A stretch of 64,000 bases of DNA. Source: a virus. This document shows positions 1 through 8,448 of the stretch, in pieces (within the stretch, counting starts at the first letter, position 1; the number at the start of each line of letters is the position of its first letter). The notes beneath the pieces were generated by a model that searched no databases, was not told the origin of the DNA, and saw nothing but the letters and a program-made list of their open reading frames with translations. The DNA lies in IMG/VR virus record IMGVR_UViG_3300028876_000002; one strand, 5' to 3'. The position numbers were made by a program, and so were the translations under genes.

Positions 1-312
1 GCAGACGGTAGGACCATTTTCGAGTTCGATGGCGATCCTGCTACCCCGCTGGCGCGCACCTGGCGCGGCAAAGTGAACCTGCTGGAGCGACCTACGGCGT
101 TCGCGATCTGCCAGGTGAAGGCGGAAGACTACTCCAGCATCCTGCTGCGGTTGTACGCTGACGGGGCGCTGCTGACCGAGGTCACCGTCACCAGTCAGGA
201 GGAGTTCACCTTGCCACTGTCGAACGAGTACACGAAGTTCGAGATCGAGGTGTACGGCACCTCGCGGGTGTACTCCATCCAGGTGGCCGAGGACGTGATG
301 GAGCTCACCTGA
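1..312 (+). CDS. C-terminal part of tail tube/stabilisation protein, copy A (5' truncated)
   Basis: Frame 1 is open from base 1 (ADGRTIFEFDGDPATPLARTWRGK...AEDVMELT); paralogous to 61430-61741. Confidence 0.8.
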   Translation, partial: ADGRTIFEFDGDPATPLARTWRGKVNLLERPTAFAICQVKAEDYSSILLRLYADGALLTEVTVTSQEEFTLPLSNEYTKFEIEVYGTSRVYSIQVAEDVMELT

Positions 313-532
313 TGGCACTCGGCAAACCCCCCATCAGCACCCCGCGCACGCTCGAACTGCGCGTCGTGGCGCAGGCTGTCGAGAACATCCGCCAGCGCAT
401 CGAGGCGATTGAAGGTGTCAGCGCCACCACGGCCGCGCAAGCCGGCGAGACCACGCTGCGGGCTGGGCAGCAGAACATCAGCATCTCGGCGCTGCGGGCG
501 CAACTGGTGGCGCTGGCGGCTCGTGTGGACGC
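271..532 (+). repeat. 262-bp block identical to 61700-61961 within ~1 kb of diverged homology
   Basis: Line-by-line comparison; offset 61,429 bp. Confidence 0.9.
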
Positions 533-1199
533 CCTCACGGCCGCCGACCCGGAACTGGAAACCTACCGCGCTGGCTCCGCCATCACGATCGACACGGCGG
601 TCTACCCGACCGACGATGGTGTGGTGGCGCAGGTTGACCCCAGCGACCCGGTGAAGGTCTACGCCGTGCTGGGGGTGGCCACTCAGACCGTGGTGGAAGG
701 TGCCAGCATCGTCGTGCGCAAGGCCGGCGTGATGCAGATCATCGGCGCGGTGTTCGAGCCCGGCGGTCCGGTCTACGTGGGTGTGGACGGCCTGACGCAG
801 TTCCCGGACTACATCAACCTTGCCATCCCGGTGGGCGTGGCCACCAGCACCGACGAGATCGACGTGCGGCCGGGCTGGCCGGCGCTGCAACACCCGGGCG
901 TCTACTCGGAGTACGAGACCTTCCTGCCCGCGACTTGGGGCCTGGTGCGTGACGCCGTGACTTTGGCTCAGGACTTCAACTCCGCCGGCAACGGCCTGGT
1001 GGTGAAGACCGGACCGGACGATGTGACGACGCGGACGCTGCAGGCCGGCGCCAACATCACCATCACCAACCCGGACGGGGTGAACGGGGACCCCGTGATA
1101 TCGTCCACCGCCACCGGTGGTGGTGACTCCGTGATTTACGACCACACCGGTCGAGCCATGCTGACGGGCGACGGTCGAGCGTTTTTGGTAGGGACCTAA
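312..1199 (+). CDS. tail fibre attachment/N-terminal adaptor protein, copy A
   Basis: 295 aa; first ~245 aa match the N-terminus of the fibre ORF at 61741; start overlaps upstream stop. Confidence 0.7.
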   Translation: MALGKPPISTPRTLELRVVAQAVENIRQRIEAIEGVSATTAAQAGETTLRAGQQNISISALRAQLVALAARVDALTAADPELETYRAGSAITIDTAVYPTDDGVVAQVDPSDPVKVYAVLGVATQTVVEGASIVVRKAGVMQIIGAVFEPGGPVYVGVDGLTQFPDYINLAIPVGVATSTDEIDVRPGWPALQHPGVYSEYETFLPATWGLVRDAVTLAQDFNSAGNGLVVKTGPDDVTTRTLQAGANITITNPDGVNGDPVISSTATGGGDSVIYDHTGRAMLTGDGRAFLVGT

Positions 1200-1200
1200 C

Positions 1201-2598
1201 ATGCCAACCATCACCGGCCTAGATCCGGCCCCCAGCGGCGGGTTCAGCGGCAACGAACTGATCGCCGTTGACCTGGAGAGCGGGCAGACGGTTCACGCCT
1301 CTTTGAGCGACCTCGCAGCCTTGGTCGTCGTGGACCCCATCGCCGAGCTGCCGATCCAGAGCGGCGGGTTGCAGGCCACAGACCTGATCGCGGTCGATCA
1401 TGGGGATGGTGTCTCCTACCAGTACACGATCCAGGACGTTCTGGACCTGGCAGGCACTGGCGCCACCAACCTCGGCACCAGCGTCAGTTCGACCACCGTC
1501 ACCGTCACCAGCGACACCGGCACCGACGCGACACTGGTCGCGGCCACCGGCACCGATGCAGGGGTCATGACCGCAGCCATGCAGGTGAAGCTGGCCGGGA
1601 TCGCCACCGGAGCTACCGCTAACTCCTCTGACGCCACGTTGCTCGCCAGGGCGAACCACACCGGCACGCAGGCAGCGTCCACGATCTCCGACTTCTCTGA
1701 GGCAGTGGACGACCGAGTGGCCGCGCTGTTGGTGGAGGGTCAGGGCATCGACTTTGCGTACGTGGACGGTAGCAACACGTTCACGATCAGCATCACCCCG
1801 CCGTCCAGCCTGCCGATCCACAGCGGGGGCCTGAGCGGCCTGGAGCAGGTGGCCGTGGACAACGGCTCCGGCACCGTCATCCAGGTGACGGCGCAGGAGA
1901 TCGCGAACCTTGCCGGAGGTAGCGGGCAGTCCGCGATCCAGTTCCAGGACGAAGGGTCCAACCTCGGGACCAGCGGGACGGTCACAACCGTCGATTTTGT
2001 AGGGTCCGGCGTGACGGTCGCGCGGGTGTCCAACACCTTGACGGTGACGATCGACGCCGCCAGCGGTGGGGGCTCTGGTGGATCTCCCGCCAGCGGTGAT
2101 TTCTACTACCAGTCCTCCGCGCCGTCGTCGCCCACCCCGGCGGTTGGATCGCGCTGGGTCGATTCCGACACCGGTGTCGAGTACACCTACATCGACGACG
2201 GCACGTCGTTTCAGTGGGTCGAGGTCGGCACGTCGTTGGATGCCATCGGAGGGGTTCTACCGGTCATCAACGGTGGGACAGGTACCACCACCTTGGCTGG
2301 GGCCCTGGCTGGGGCGTTGGCCGGCAGTGCGCCAGTGGACCTCGCCGCGGACAGCAAAGAACTGCGCATCGGCGCCAGCGCGGATCTGCGGCTTTACCAC
2401 GACGGTACGAACAGCGTCATAGAAAACGACACAGGTGATCTGGTCATAAAGGCGTTTACTGACCTGGATTTACAGGAACTGACCATCACAACCGCATCCC
2501 CTTCGGCTGGCGGTGCTGGAGCGTTGCCTGCCACCCCGTTGGGCTACCTGAACATCAAGGTGGACGGGGTTCTCCGTAAATTTCCGTTCTACGCATAG
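1201..2598 (+). CDS. tail fibre protein
   Basis: Gly/Ser/Thr-rich; three SGGL..IAVD.G.G...QD..LAG repeats; APSSP..GSRWVDSDTG..YTY..W and NGGTG motifs typical of fibres. Confidence 0.75.
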   Translation: MPTITGLDPAPSGGFSGNELIAVDLESGQTVHASLSDLAALVVVDPIAELPIQSGGLQATDLIAVDHGDGVSYQYTIQDVLDLAGTGATNLGTSVSSTTVTVTSDTGTDATLVAATGTDAGVMTAAMQVKLAGIATGATANSSDATLLARANHTGTQAASTISDFSEAVDDRVAALLVEGQGIDFAYVDGSNTFTISITPPSSLPIHSGGLSGLEQVAVDNGSGTVIQVTAQEIANLAGGSGQSAIQFQDEGSNLGTSGTVTTVDFVGSGVTVARVSNTLTVTIDAASGGGSGGSPASGDFYYQSSAPSSPTPAVGSRWVDSDTGVEYTYIDDGTSFQWVEVGTSLDAIGGVLPVINGGTGTTTLAGALAGALAGSAPVDLAADSKELRIGASADLRLYHDGTNSVIENDTGDLVIKAFTDLDLQELTITTASPSAGGAGALPATPLGYLNIKVDGVLRKFPFYA

Positions 2599-2607
2599 GA
2601 GCCAGGG

Positions 2608-2808
2608 ATGGAATTTCCAACCTCACCAGCAGTTGGTACTCAGGTATCTCTGGGGGCAATATCGTGGACGTACAACGGTAGTGCTTGGGGCCGAACGTTG
2701 AACCACGGTCAGATGGCTATGGTCTTGGTGGCGGTGGAATTAGTACAAGAAGCCGTAGTAGAACTGCCCAACCTCGAAACACCGTTCACTCTCATAACGC
2801 ACATATAG
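2608..2808 (+). CDS. small fibre-associated protein
   Basis: FPTSPAVG...WTYNGSAW motif common in tail-fibre modules; RBS GGAG upstream. Confidence 0.55.
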   Translation: MEFPTSPAVGTQVSLGAISWTYNGSAWGRTLNHGQMAMVLVAVELVQEAVVELPNLETPFTLITHI

Positions 2809-2815
2809 GTACAAA

Positions 2816-3802
2816 ATGTCCGCAACGTTGACTTGGTTTTCCAGCGGTCTAGGGGTGAAACTTGGCACTACCCGGGCCGACTTCATCACGGACTTGAATA
2901 ACTTGGTGGTTACGAAGGTAGCGGACGCCAATTTCAAGTGGGAGGTGGCTTCCGTAAGTGTTGCGGGCAACCCCAATTGGCTATGTCTGAAACGCAAGAG
3001 CGGGGCGGCGGGGCGCATCCTGATCGTGGCCTATACTGCTGCCCCTGCCGGAGCGAACACCGCGCTGTTTGACGTAGCCGCCGGATCCATACTCACAACC
3101 GGCGCGTACATCGCGTGGTTTCCAGCTGGGAATGTGGACACACCTTCAAACCTGACTGCAGCTTCAGGAACGATACTGGGCGATGATACCGGTGTCGTTA
3201 AAGCAGCCAATAACGGTACTACCAACGCAAACTACCCAGCTTTATTTCAGCACTACTACTTCGATTCTGACGAAGGGATCTGGTTCTTCCAGACGAATCC
3301 TGCTGCCTCCACGATAGGGTACATGGCCGCCGGAGACCTGCTCGTTGACGGCAGTGACGTTGCGTATGGTGCCACGATCGGCGGTGGAGGTTCGGGAACC
3401 TTGTCGTGGTCAGCGAGCGGCGCCACTCAACACCTGTTCTCTGCTACTACGATATCCGCTGGTGCTTCCACACAAGTTATTCGTACCAACTACGGTTCGA
3501 GCAACCGCACGTACTACAACGCCTACAGCATCAACGGGGTTTGGGCAGCTTCCGCCGCTTCCCCCACGGACATAATGACAGATACGGCGTTGAATAAAGC
3601 GTGGTTCTTACCTGTGGCCGTGATCGGGAACACGAAAGGCGAGGGCCCTATCCTGAAGCACCGGCAGGTAGCCTTCGGCCCGGCCGTGACAGGTTCGTTC
3701 ACGGTGTACAGTACGACGGGCCCTGCGGTGCAGGCTCGGCACATGAGCGGTAACACCGTGGTGACCACCGGGATACCGTGGTTGACGAATTTCAAACTGT
3801 AA
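2816..3802 (+). CDS. putative tail/receptor-binding structural protein
   Basis: 328 aa, beta-rich and Gly/Ala/Thr-rich, in fibre operon; locally more AT-rich. Confidence 0.5.
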   Translation: MSATLTWFSSGLGVKLGTTRADFITDLNNLVVTKVADANFKWEVASVSVAGNPNWLCLKRKSGAAGRILIVAYTAAPAGANTALFDVAAGSILTTGAYIAWFPAGNVDTPSNLTAASGTILGDDTGVVKAANNGTTNANYPALFQHYYFDSDEGIWFFQTNPAASTIGYMAAGDLLVDGSDVAYGATIGGGGSGTLSWSASGATQHLFSATTISAGASTQVIRTNYGSSNRTYYNAYSINGVWAASAASPTDIMTDTALNKAWFLPVAVIGNTKGEGPILKHRQVAFGPAVTGSFTVYSTTGPAVQARHMSGNTVVTTGIPWLTNFKL

Positions 3803-3812
3803 GGGCACCGGC

Positions 3813-4379
3813 ATGAGACTCGCTCGTCTGTTTCCGGATCTGTCATTTAGGGATGTGGTCCTGATGGAAACTCAGGCTTACAACGATCTGCAGGTATCGA
3901 ACCCTGCCAGGTACGCTCTCCTGCGCGTTCTGGTGACCGACCCCTTACCGACTATCACGAACCTGCAGCGGATCGTCGCAGGCCCAGTCGTGATCGAGGC
4001 GCTGCAGGCTCGGGAGACCTGGACCGTCATCGACAAAACCCCGCAGGAAATCGCGGACGAAGCCGAAGCCGCTGCTATCGCCGCGGATCTACTGCAGGTA
4101 CAGAACCGACTGGACAACCTGGTCGAAGCCATCAACCAGCACCAAGCCGTGCTCGACGTGCCGTACTCCGAGCCTCCCCAGGCGGGGACGAACGCGTTGG
4201 AGATCACAGCCCTGCGGCTGCGCACGAGGAACGCCGAACAGGCGATCCGCGGTGTCGAGCGCGACCTGATCCTCGCCATGAGGTCTGCGCGCTTTCTGCT
4301 GCGTGAGACCAAGCACCGACTGAGCGCCGCGGCCACCCTTGTTGCGGCACGCGGCACACCGAAAACCGCGAAAAAATGA
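3813..4379 (+). CDS. hypothetical, possible fibre assembly chaperone
   Basis: QRIV.G...ETWTVIDKTPQEIA motif followed by a coiled coil. Confidence 0.4.
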   Translation: MRLARLFPDLSFRDVVLMETQAYNDLQVSNPARYALLRVLVTDPLPTITNLQRIVAGPVVIEALQARETWTVIDKTPQEIADEAEAAAIAADLLQVQNRLDNLVEAINQHQAVLDVPYSEPPQAGTNALEITALRLRTRNAEQAIRGVERDLILAMRSARFLLRETKHRLSAAATLVAARGTPKTAKK

Positions 4380-4609
4380 CCCTCCCTCCCATCCCTCAGG
4401 ACAAGGCCAACCACTTCCTCTACGGCACGGTGGTATGTGCCGTGGTCACCCTCCTCACCCGACAACCTATCGCCGGCCTCATCGCCGTGGTGGCGCTCGG
4501 GTTTGCCAAGGAGGTGTACGACCTGGTGTCCAAACGTGGCACTCCAGACTGGCGCGACGTGGCCTGGACTGCAGCCGGCGGACTTGTGGTCTGGGCCGGC
4601 AACGTGTGA
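4376..4609 (+). CDS. small membrane protein
   Basis: DKANHF...AKEVYD...DWRD motif with hydrophobic segments. Confidence 0.55.
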   Translation: MTLPPIPQDKANHFLYGTVVCAVVTLLTRQPIAGLIAVVALGFAKEVYDLVSKRGTPDWRDVAWTAAGGLVVWAGNV

Positions 4610-4971
4610 TCGCCGGCACCCAGTTCACGATCCAACCCCTGCCGGCGCTGCGTGTGCGCCCGAACCTCACCGCCGGGCTGGCGGAAGTTCAGGCAGAATG
4701 CGAAGCTGACAGGGCCACCTGCCTGGTGTGTGAGGACGTAGTGATCGTCTTCGACCTTCGAGCGCGGGACGGAGCCTTGGAGATGTTCGTCTGGCTGGCC
4801 GTGGCCCTGAAGCACGGCGCCTTCGAGCGTCAAGCCGCCGCGGTGTGCGCAGTCGCCCGCGATCTCGGAGCAACAACGGTCGCCTTCGAGTCTCGGAGGC
4901 GGGGTTGGGCGAGGCGGCTGGGTCCTGAGTGGCGCCCCCGCGGAACCCGCGAGTTCGTCCGAGAGGTGTGA
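4606..4971 (+). CDS. virion assembly protein, possible acetyltransferase fold (P22 gp14/T7 gp13 position)
   Basis: GTG start overlapping upstream stop; lies just before the ejection proteins; SRRRGWAR motif. Confidence 0.45.
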   Translation: MIAGTQFTIQPLPALRVRPNLTAGLAEVQAECEADRATCLVCEDVVIVFDLRARDGALEMFVWLAVALKHGAFERQAAAVCAVARDLGATTVAFESRRRGWARRLGPEWRPRGTREFVREV

Positions 4972-4972
4972 C

Positions 4973-5626
4973 ATGGGCGGTGGTGACGACGGAAAGGTGC
5001 AGGAGACCGCACAGGAGCGCGCGCTGGCCCAGCACGCGAAGGACTCCTACGCCGACTGGAAGCAGCGCTGGCTACCGCTGCAGAAGCAACTCGCCCGCAG
5101 CATCACCGCAGCCGGCGACGAGAACTCCCCACAGCGCGGCCTGGCCGCCGGCAAGGCGTCCACCGACACGGCCATCCAGTTCGCAGACGCCGGTAGCAAG
5201 CTGGAGAAGCAACTCACGGCCACCGGCGCAGGGTTGAATTCCGGCCGGGCCGTGATGGCCACCGCCGGGCTCGGCGACGACGCGGCCAAGTCCACCGGGA
5301 TGGGGCTCACCATCTCCGACCAGCAGATGAACGACGCCTACGTCGAGGGTCTGGCCGCGCTGACCAGCCTCGGGCAGGGCCAGCGCGCACAGGTGGGTGA
5401 CGCCATGGGCCTCCAGGCCCGGCAGAGCGCCCAGCAGGCGCAGTCCGACGCATCGATCGCGCTGGAGAACCGGGCCGGCAACGCCGAGCTGGTGGGCCAG
5501 TTCGCTGGGTACGGGCTGCAACAAGGCCTGAAGGGTGCTCCAGGCACGCCGCAGTACAGCTACAACAACGATGCTTCAGGGATGCAGTATTCGCGCACTG
5601 GAGCTGATGTGATGGGGAGGCGTTGA
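4973..5626 (+). CDS. internal virion (DNA ejection) protein
   Basis: MGGGDD start, Ala/Gln/Gly-rich, podovirus ejection-protein position. Confidence 0.6.
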   Translation: MGGGDDGKVQETAQERALAQHAKDSYADWKQRWLPLQKQLARSITAAGDENSPQRGLAAGKASTDTAIQFADAGSKLEKQLTATGAGLNSGRAVMATAGLGDDAAKSTGMGLTISDQQMNDAYVEGLAALTSLGQGQRAQVGDAMGLQARQSAQQAQSDASIALENRAGNAELVGQFAGYGLQQGLKGAPGTPQYSYNNDASGMQYSRTGADVMGRR

Positions 5627-5627
5627 G

Positions 5628-6029
5628 ATGGCCGGACTCAATCTCGGTAGCTGGATAGGCCAGCAACAGCCTTCAGCTTCCAACACCTTCGCCGCGCTCA
5701 CGCGCGAGCAGTGGGCTGACTACCAGAACACGTTCGTCCCGCTGGAGAACCAACTCATCCAGATGGCCACCGACCCGGAAGCCGCAAACCGGGCGATGGC
5801 GGACGCCAGCCAGAACGTCAACGACTCTTTCGCGGCGCAGGAGGGCGCCACGGGACGCCGGCTGCGCGGGTTGGGCCTGCAGTTGACACCTGAGCAGCAG
5901 ACCGCCAGCACGCGGGCCACGGCCCTCAGCAAGTCGCTGACGGACGTGCAGGCCCAGAACACGGCTCGGGACCTCACGGTTCAACGGCAACAGCAAATTT
6001 TGGGCAACCCTGCACCCCAAGGAGTTTGA
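5628..6029 (+). CDS. internal virion protein
   Basis: Gln/Ala-rich helical ORF in ejection cluster. Confidence 0.5.
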   Translation: MAGLNLGSWIGQQQPSASNTFAALTREQWADYQNTFVPLENQLIQMATDPEAANRAMADASQNVNDSFAAQEGATGRRLRGLGLQLTPEQQTASTRATALSKSLTDVQAQNTARDLTVQRQQQILGNPAPQGV

Positions 6030-6030
6030 C

Positions 6031-6291
6031 ATGGCCACTCGTGGTCTCGGAATCGGAGCCAACCTCGCCACCCTGGGTGCCAGCCGCGGTCGCGAGGCGA
6101 TGTACGAGGCTGCTCAGGCGGCAGGCACGGAGCAGCGCCGCAACATCGCCAACCAGCAGATGGAGCAGAACGAGAAGGCTGGCAACCGCCAGCTTGGCGC
6201 CACGATCGGATCGACCATCGGCATGGCCTGGGGCCCGGTGGGCTCGCTTGTGGGCGGCGCGATCGGCTCGATTGCCGGAGGCCTTTTTTAA
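6031..6291 (+). CDS. small internal virion protein
   Basis: C-terminal glycine zipper GATIGSTIG...GSLVGGAIG. Confidence 0.55.
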   Translation: MATRGLGIGANLATLGASRGREAMYEAAQAAGTEQRRNIANQQMEQNEKAGNRQLGATIGSTIGMAWGPVGSLVGGAIGSIAGGLF

Positions 6292-6294
6292 GCC

Positions 6295-8448
6295 ATGGCC
6301 ACCAGCTTCGGTGCGGGCGCCGCCCGCGGGATTGAGACAGGCTTCGGCCTCGGGCTGCGTGCTGACGCTGCGGCGGAGGAGAAGCGCCAGCGTGGTGTCC
6401 AGGAAGCCCGCCAGGCACAGGCCGACACCCGAGCCGAGGAGGAACTCGGGCTCCGGCGCAGCGCGGACCAGCGAGCCGAGACCCGGCTGCAGGACGCAGA
6501 ACGTCGCGACGCCACCGCTCGGGCGACCACGGCGCTGACAAGCCGCCGGGCTGAACTCCTGGCCGCCAGCACCGCTGCGCAGACTGCAGGGGCGCCAGTC
6601 CCGGCCGGCACGGCCGAGGAGTACAGCGTGGTGTCCGGCCGGCTGGCGAAGCTGCGTCAGGCGGCGCTCGACGACGCCTCACGCCTCGCCGCTGGCCAGC
6701 TTGACCTGGGCAGCATGTCACCGGCCCAGGCGTTCAAGGCCGTGACCGTGGGCACCGGCATGACGATGAAGGACCTGGCCGGCATGCCGCAGCACGCCAA
6801 CGACCTGCAAGCCGGCATCGAGACCAACAACCAGGGCCTCACGCTCCAGGCCGTCAACGGGCTGTTCGCCCCGCGGCTGCGGCAGGGTGTGGGTGAGGAG
6901 GCGCCCTCGGACGGCAAGATCACCCGCAAGGAGGTGATCCGCCTCGTGCCGGCGAAGGACGCCAATGGGCGGATGGACCCGGACAAGGTGTTCCCGGTCA
7001 TCCGTGTCTACGTGCAGCGCCCCGGCGACACCCAGGAGCGCTACTACGACGCCCCCATGACGCGCGGTGCCTCGGTGCAGGACGAGCAGGTCGAACCCAT
7101 CAGCGTCAAGAAGTCGTTGGATTGGGTTGGGAACCTGGGTGTGCTGACGACCGCGTTGCAGCGCCCGGACATCGCCGAGAAGATGGCGCAGGGCGAGCGT
7201 GAGGTCGGGCCGGAGGTGCAGAAGTACTTCGACGAGTTCTACTCCCTCACGAAACCCAGCAAGAAGACCGTAACCCGTGAGAAGGTGGATCTCGGTGACC
7301 GCGTGCTGGACCGTGAGATCGACATCACCGGCAAGGTGGTCAACCAGACGGAGTTGAAGAAAGGTGCAACGCCGAAGCTGTTCTCGCCAGGCGCCGGGGT
7401 GTCTACGTACCGGGCCAAGATGGCGGACATCGACCAGGCAGAAGTAGACGGCGACATCACGCCCGAAGAGGCGGCGGCGATGCGCAAGGCCAACATGTCA
7501 GGCATCAGGCCGACAAAGGCCGCACCCAATGCTACGCCAGGTGAGGTTCTGGCGAATCCTGACCTGCACGGTGAGGATTTCCTGAAGACACTCCCGAAGG
7601 CGGATGCGGATGTGGTTCGTGCCCTGGCCGAAGGGAAGATTAAGCCCACCGACATCAGCACCAAGGGCGAGGAACGGAGGCGCATGCTGTCCCTGGCGCT
7701 GCAGTACAAGCCTGGCGCCGACATGGGCAAGCAAAGCGAACTCGGGTCTCGGGAAGCGATATTCATCCAACGGGTGCTGTTGTCCGGAAATGAAGCTGCC
7801 AAGGATCTGGAGAGCGTCACGAGCCTCCCGCTGACAGCCAGCACCGGTCTGTTCGGTGGGCGCAAGCAAGGTGTCGGGTTGATGGATGCCGCCAAGGAGG
7901 TGCTCGCCAACAAGATGACCGGGCAGGAGGCGCAGTCGTACAACGTCATGGCTACCGGCTTCCAACGCTCTCTGGCCGCCATCGAGTCCGCGGGCCTCGC
8001 ACCCTCCGGTTCGTTGACTCACCAGATGGATTCCGTGCTGTTCAAGGAAGGCGACACCAACCTGACGAAGCTGCAGAAGCTGGCGCAGACCCGACAGATC
8101 GTCGAGGCCGGGTTGGAGACCACGATCGCCAACCCGCGGGTGCCGAAGGAAATGCGGGATCACGCCGAGGAAGTCGTAGCCAACATCCGGAAGTCGGTAC
8201 CGTTCACTCAGCGCGATCTGTCGCAGTTGACCAAGGGCCAGGAGGACAACCCCAACCTGACGTTGAAAGACGTGGTTGCGGCCCAGAAGGCTCAGGGTGC
8301 GGCCACTGCGCCAGCCCGTGGCCTCGGGCTGCAACAGCCTGGTGGTGCTGCGGCTCCGAAAGCACCGCCTGGCGTGCGTACCGCCACCAACCCGAAGACC
8401 GGTGAGAAACTGATGCTCCAGAACGGTCAATGGGTACCCCTCAAATGA
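6295..8448 (+). CDS. large internal virion/ejection protein
   Basis: 717 aa; ends in the NPKTGEKLMLQNGQWVP motif typical of ejection proteins. Confidence 0.6.
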   Translation: MATSFGAGAARGIETGFGLGLRADAAAEEKRQRGVQEARQAQADTRAEEELGLRRSADQRAETRLQDAERRDATARATTALTSRRAELLAASTAAQTAGAPVPAGTAEEYSVVSGRLAKLRQAALDDASRLAAGQLDLGSMSPAQAFKAVTVGTGMTMKDLAGMPQHANDLQAGIETNNQGLTLQAVNGLFAPRLRQGVGEEAPSDGKITRKEVIRLVPAKDANGRMDPDKVFPVIRVYVQRPGDTQERYYDAPMTRGASVQDEQVEPISVKKSLDWVGNLGVLTTALQRPDIAEKMAQGEREVGPEVQKYFDEFYSLTKPSKKTVTREKVDLGDRVLDREIDITGKVVNQTELKKGATPKLFSPGAGVSTYRAKMADIDQAEVDGDITPEEAAAMRKANMSGIRPTKAAPNATPGEVLANPDLHGEDFLKTLPKADADVVRALAEGKIKPTDISTKGEERRRMLSLALQYKPGADMGKQSELGSREAIFIQRVLLSGNEAAKDLESVTSLPLTASTGLFGGRKQGVGLMDAAKEVLANKMTGQEAQSYNVMATGFQRSLAAIESAGLAPSGSLTHQMDSVLFKEGDTNLTKLQKLAQTRQIVEAGLETTIANPRVPKEMRDHAEEVVANIRKSVPFTQRDLSQLTKGQEDNPNLTLKDVVAAQKAQGAATAPARGLGLQQPGGAAAPKAPPGVRTATNPKTGEKLMLQNGQWVPLK

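Noticed and set aside
1-1040. Diversity-generating retroelement (TR/VR pair) explaining the tail duplication
   Set aside because: Mismatches between copies involve all four bases rather than only adenines, and no reverse transcriptase is present
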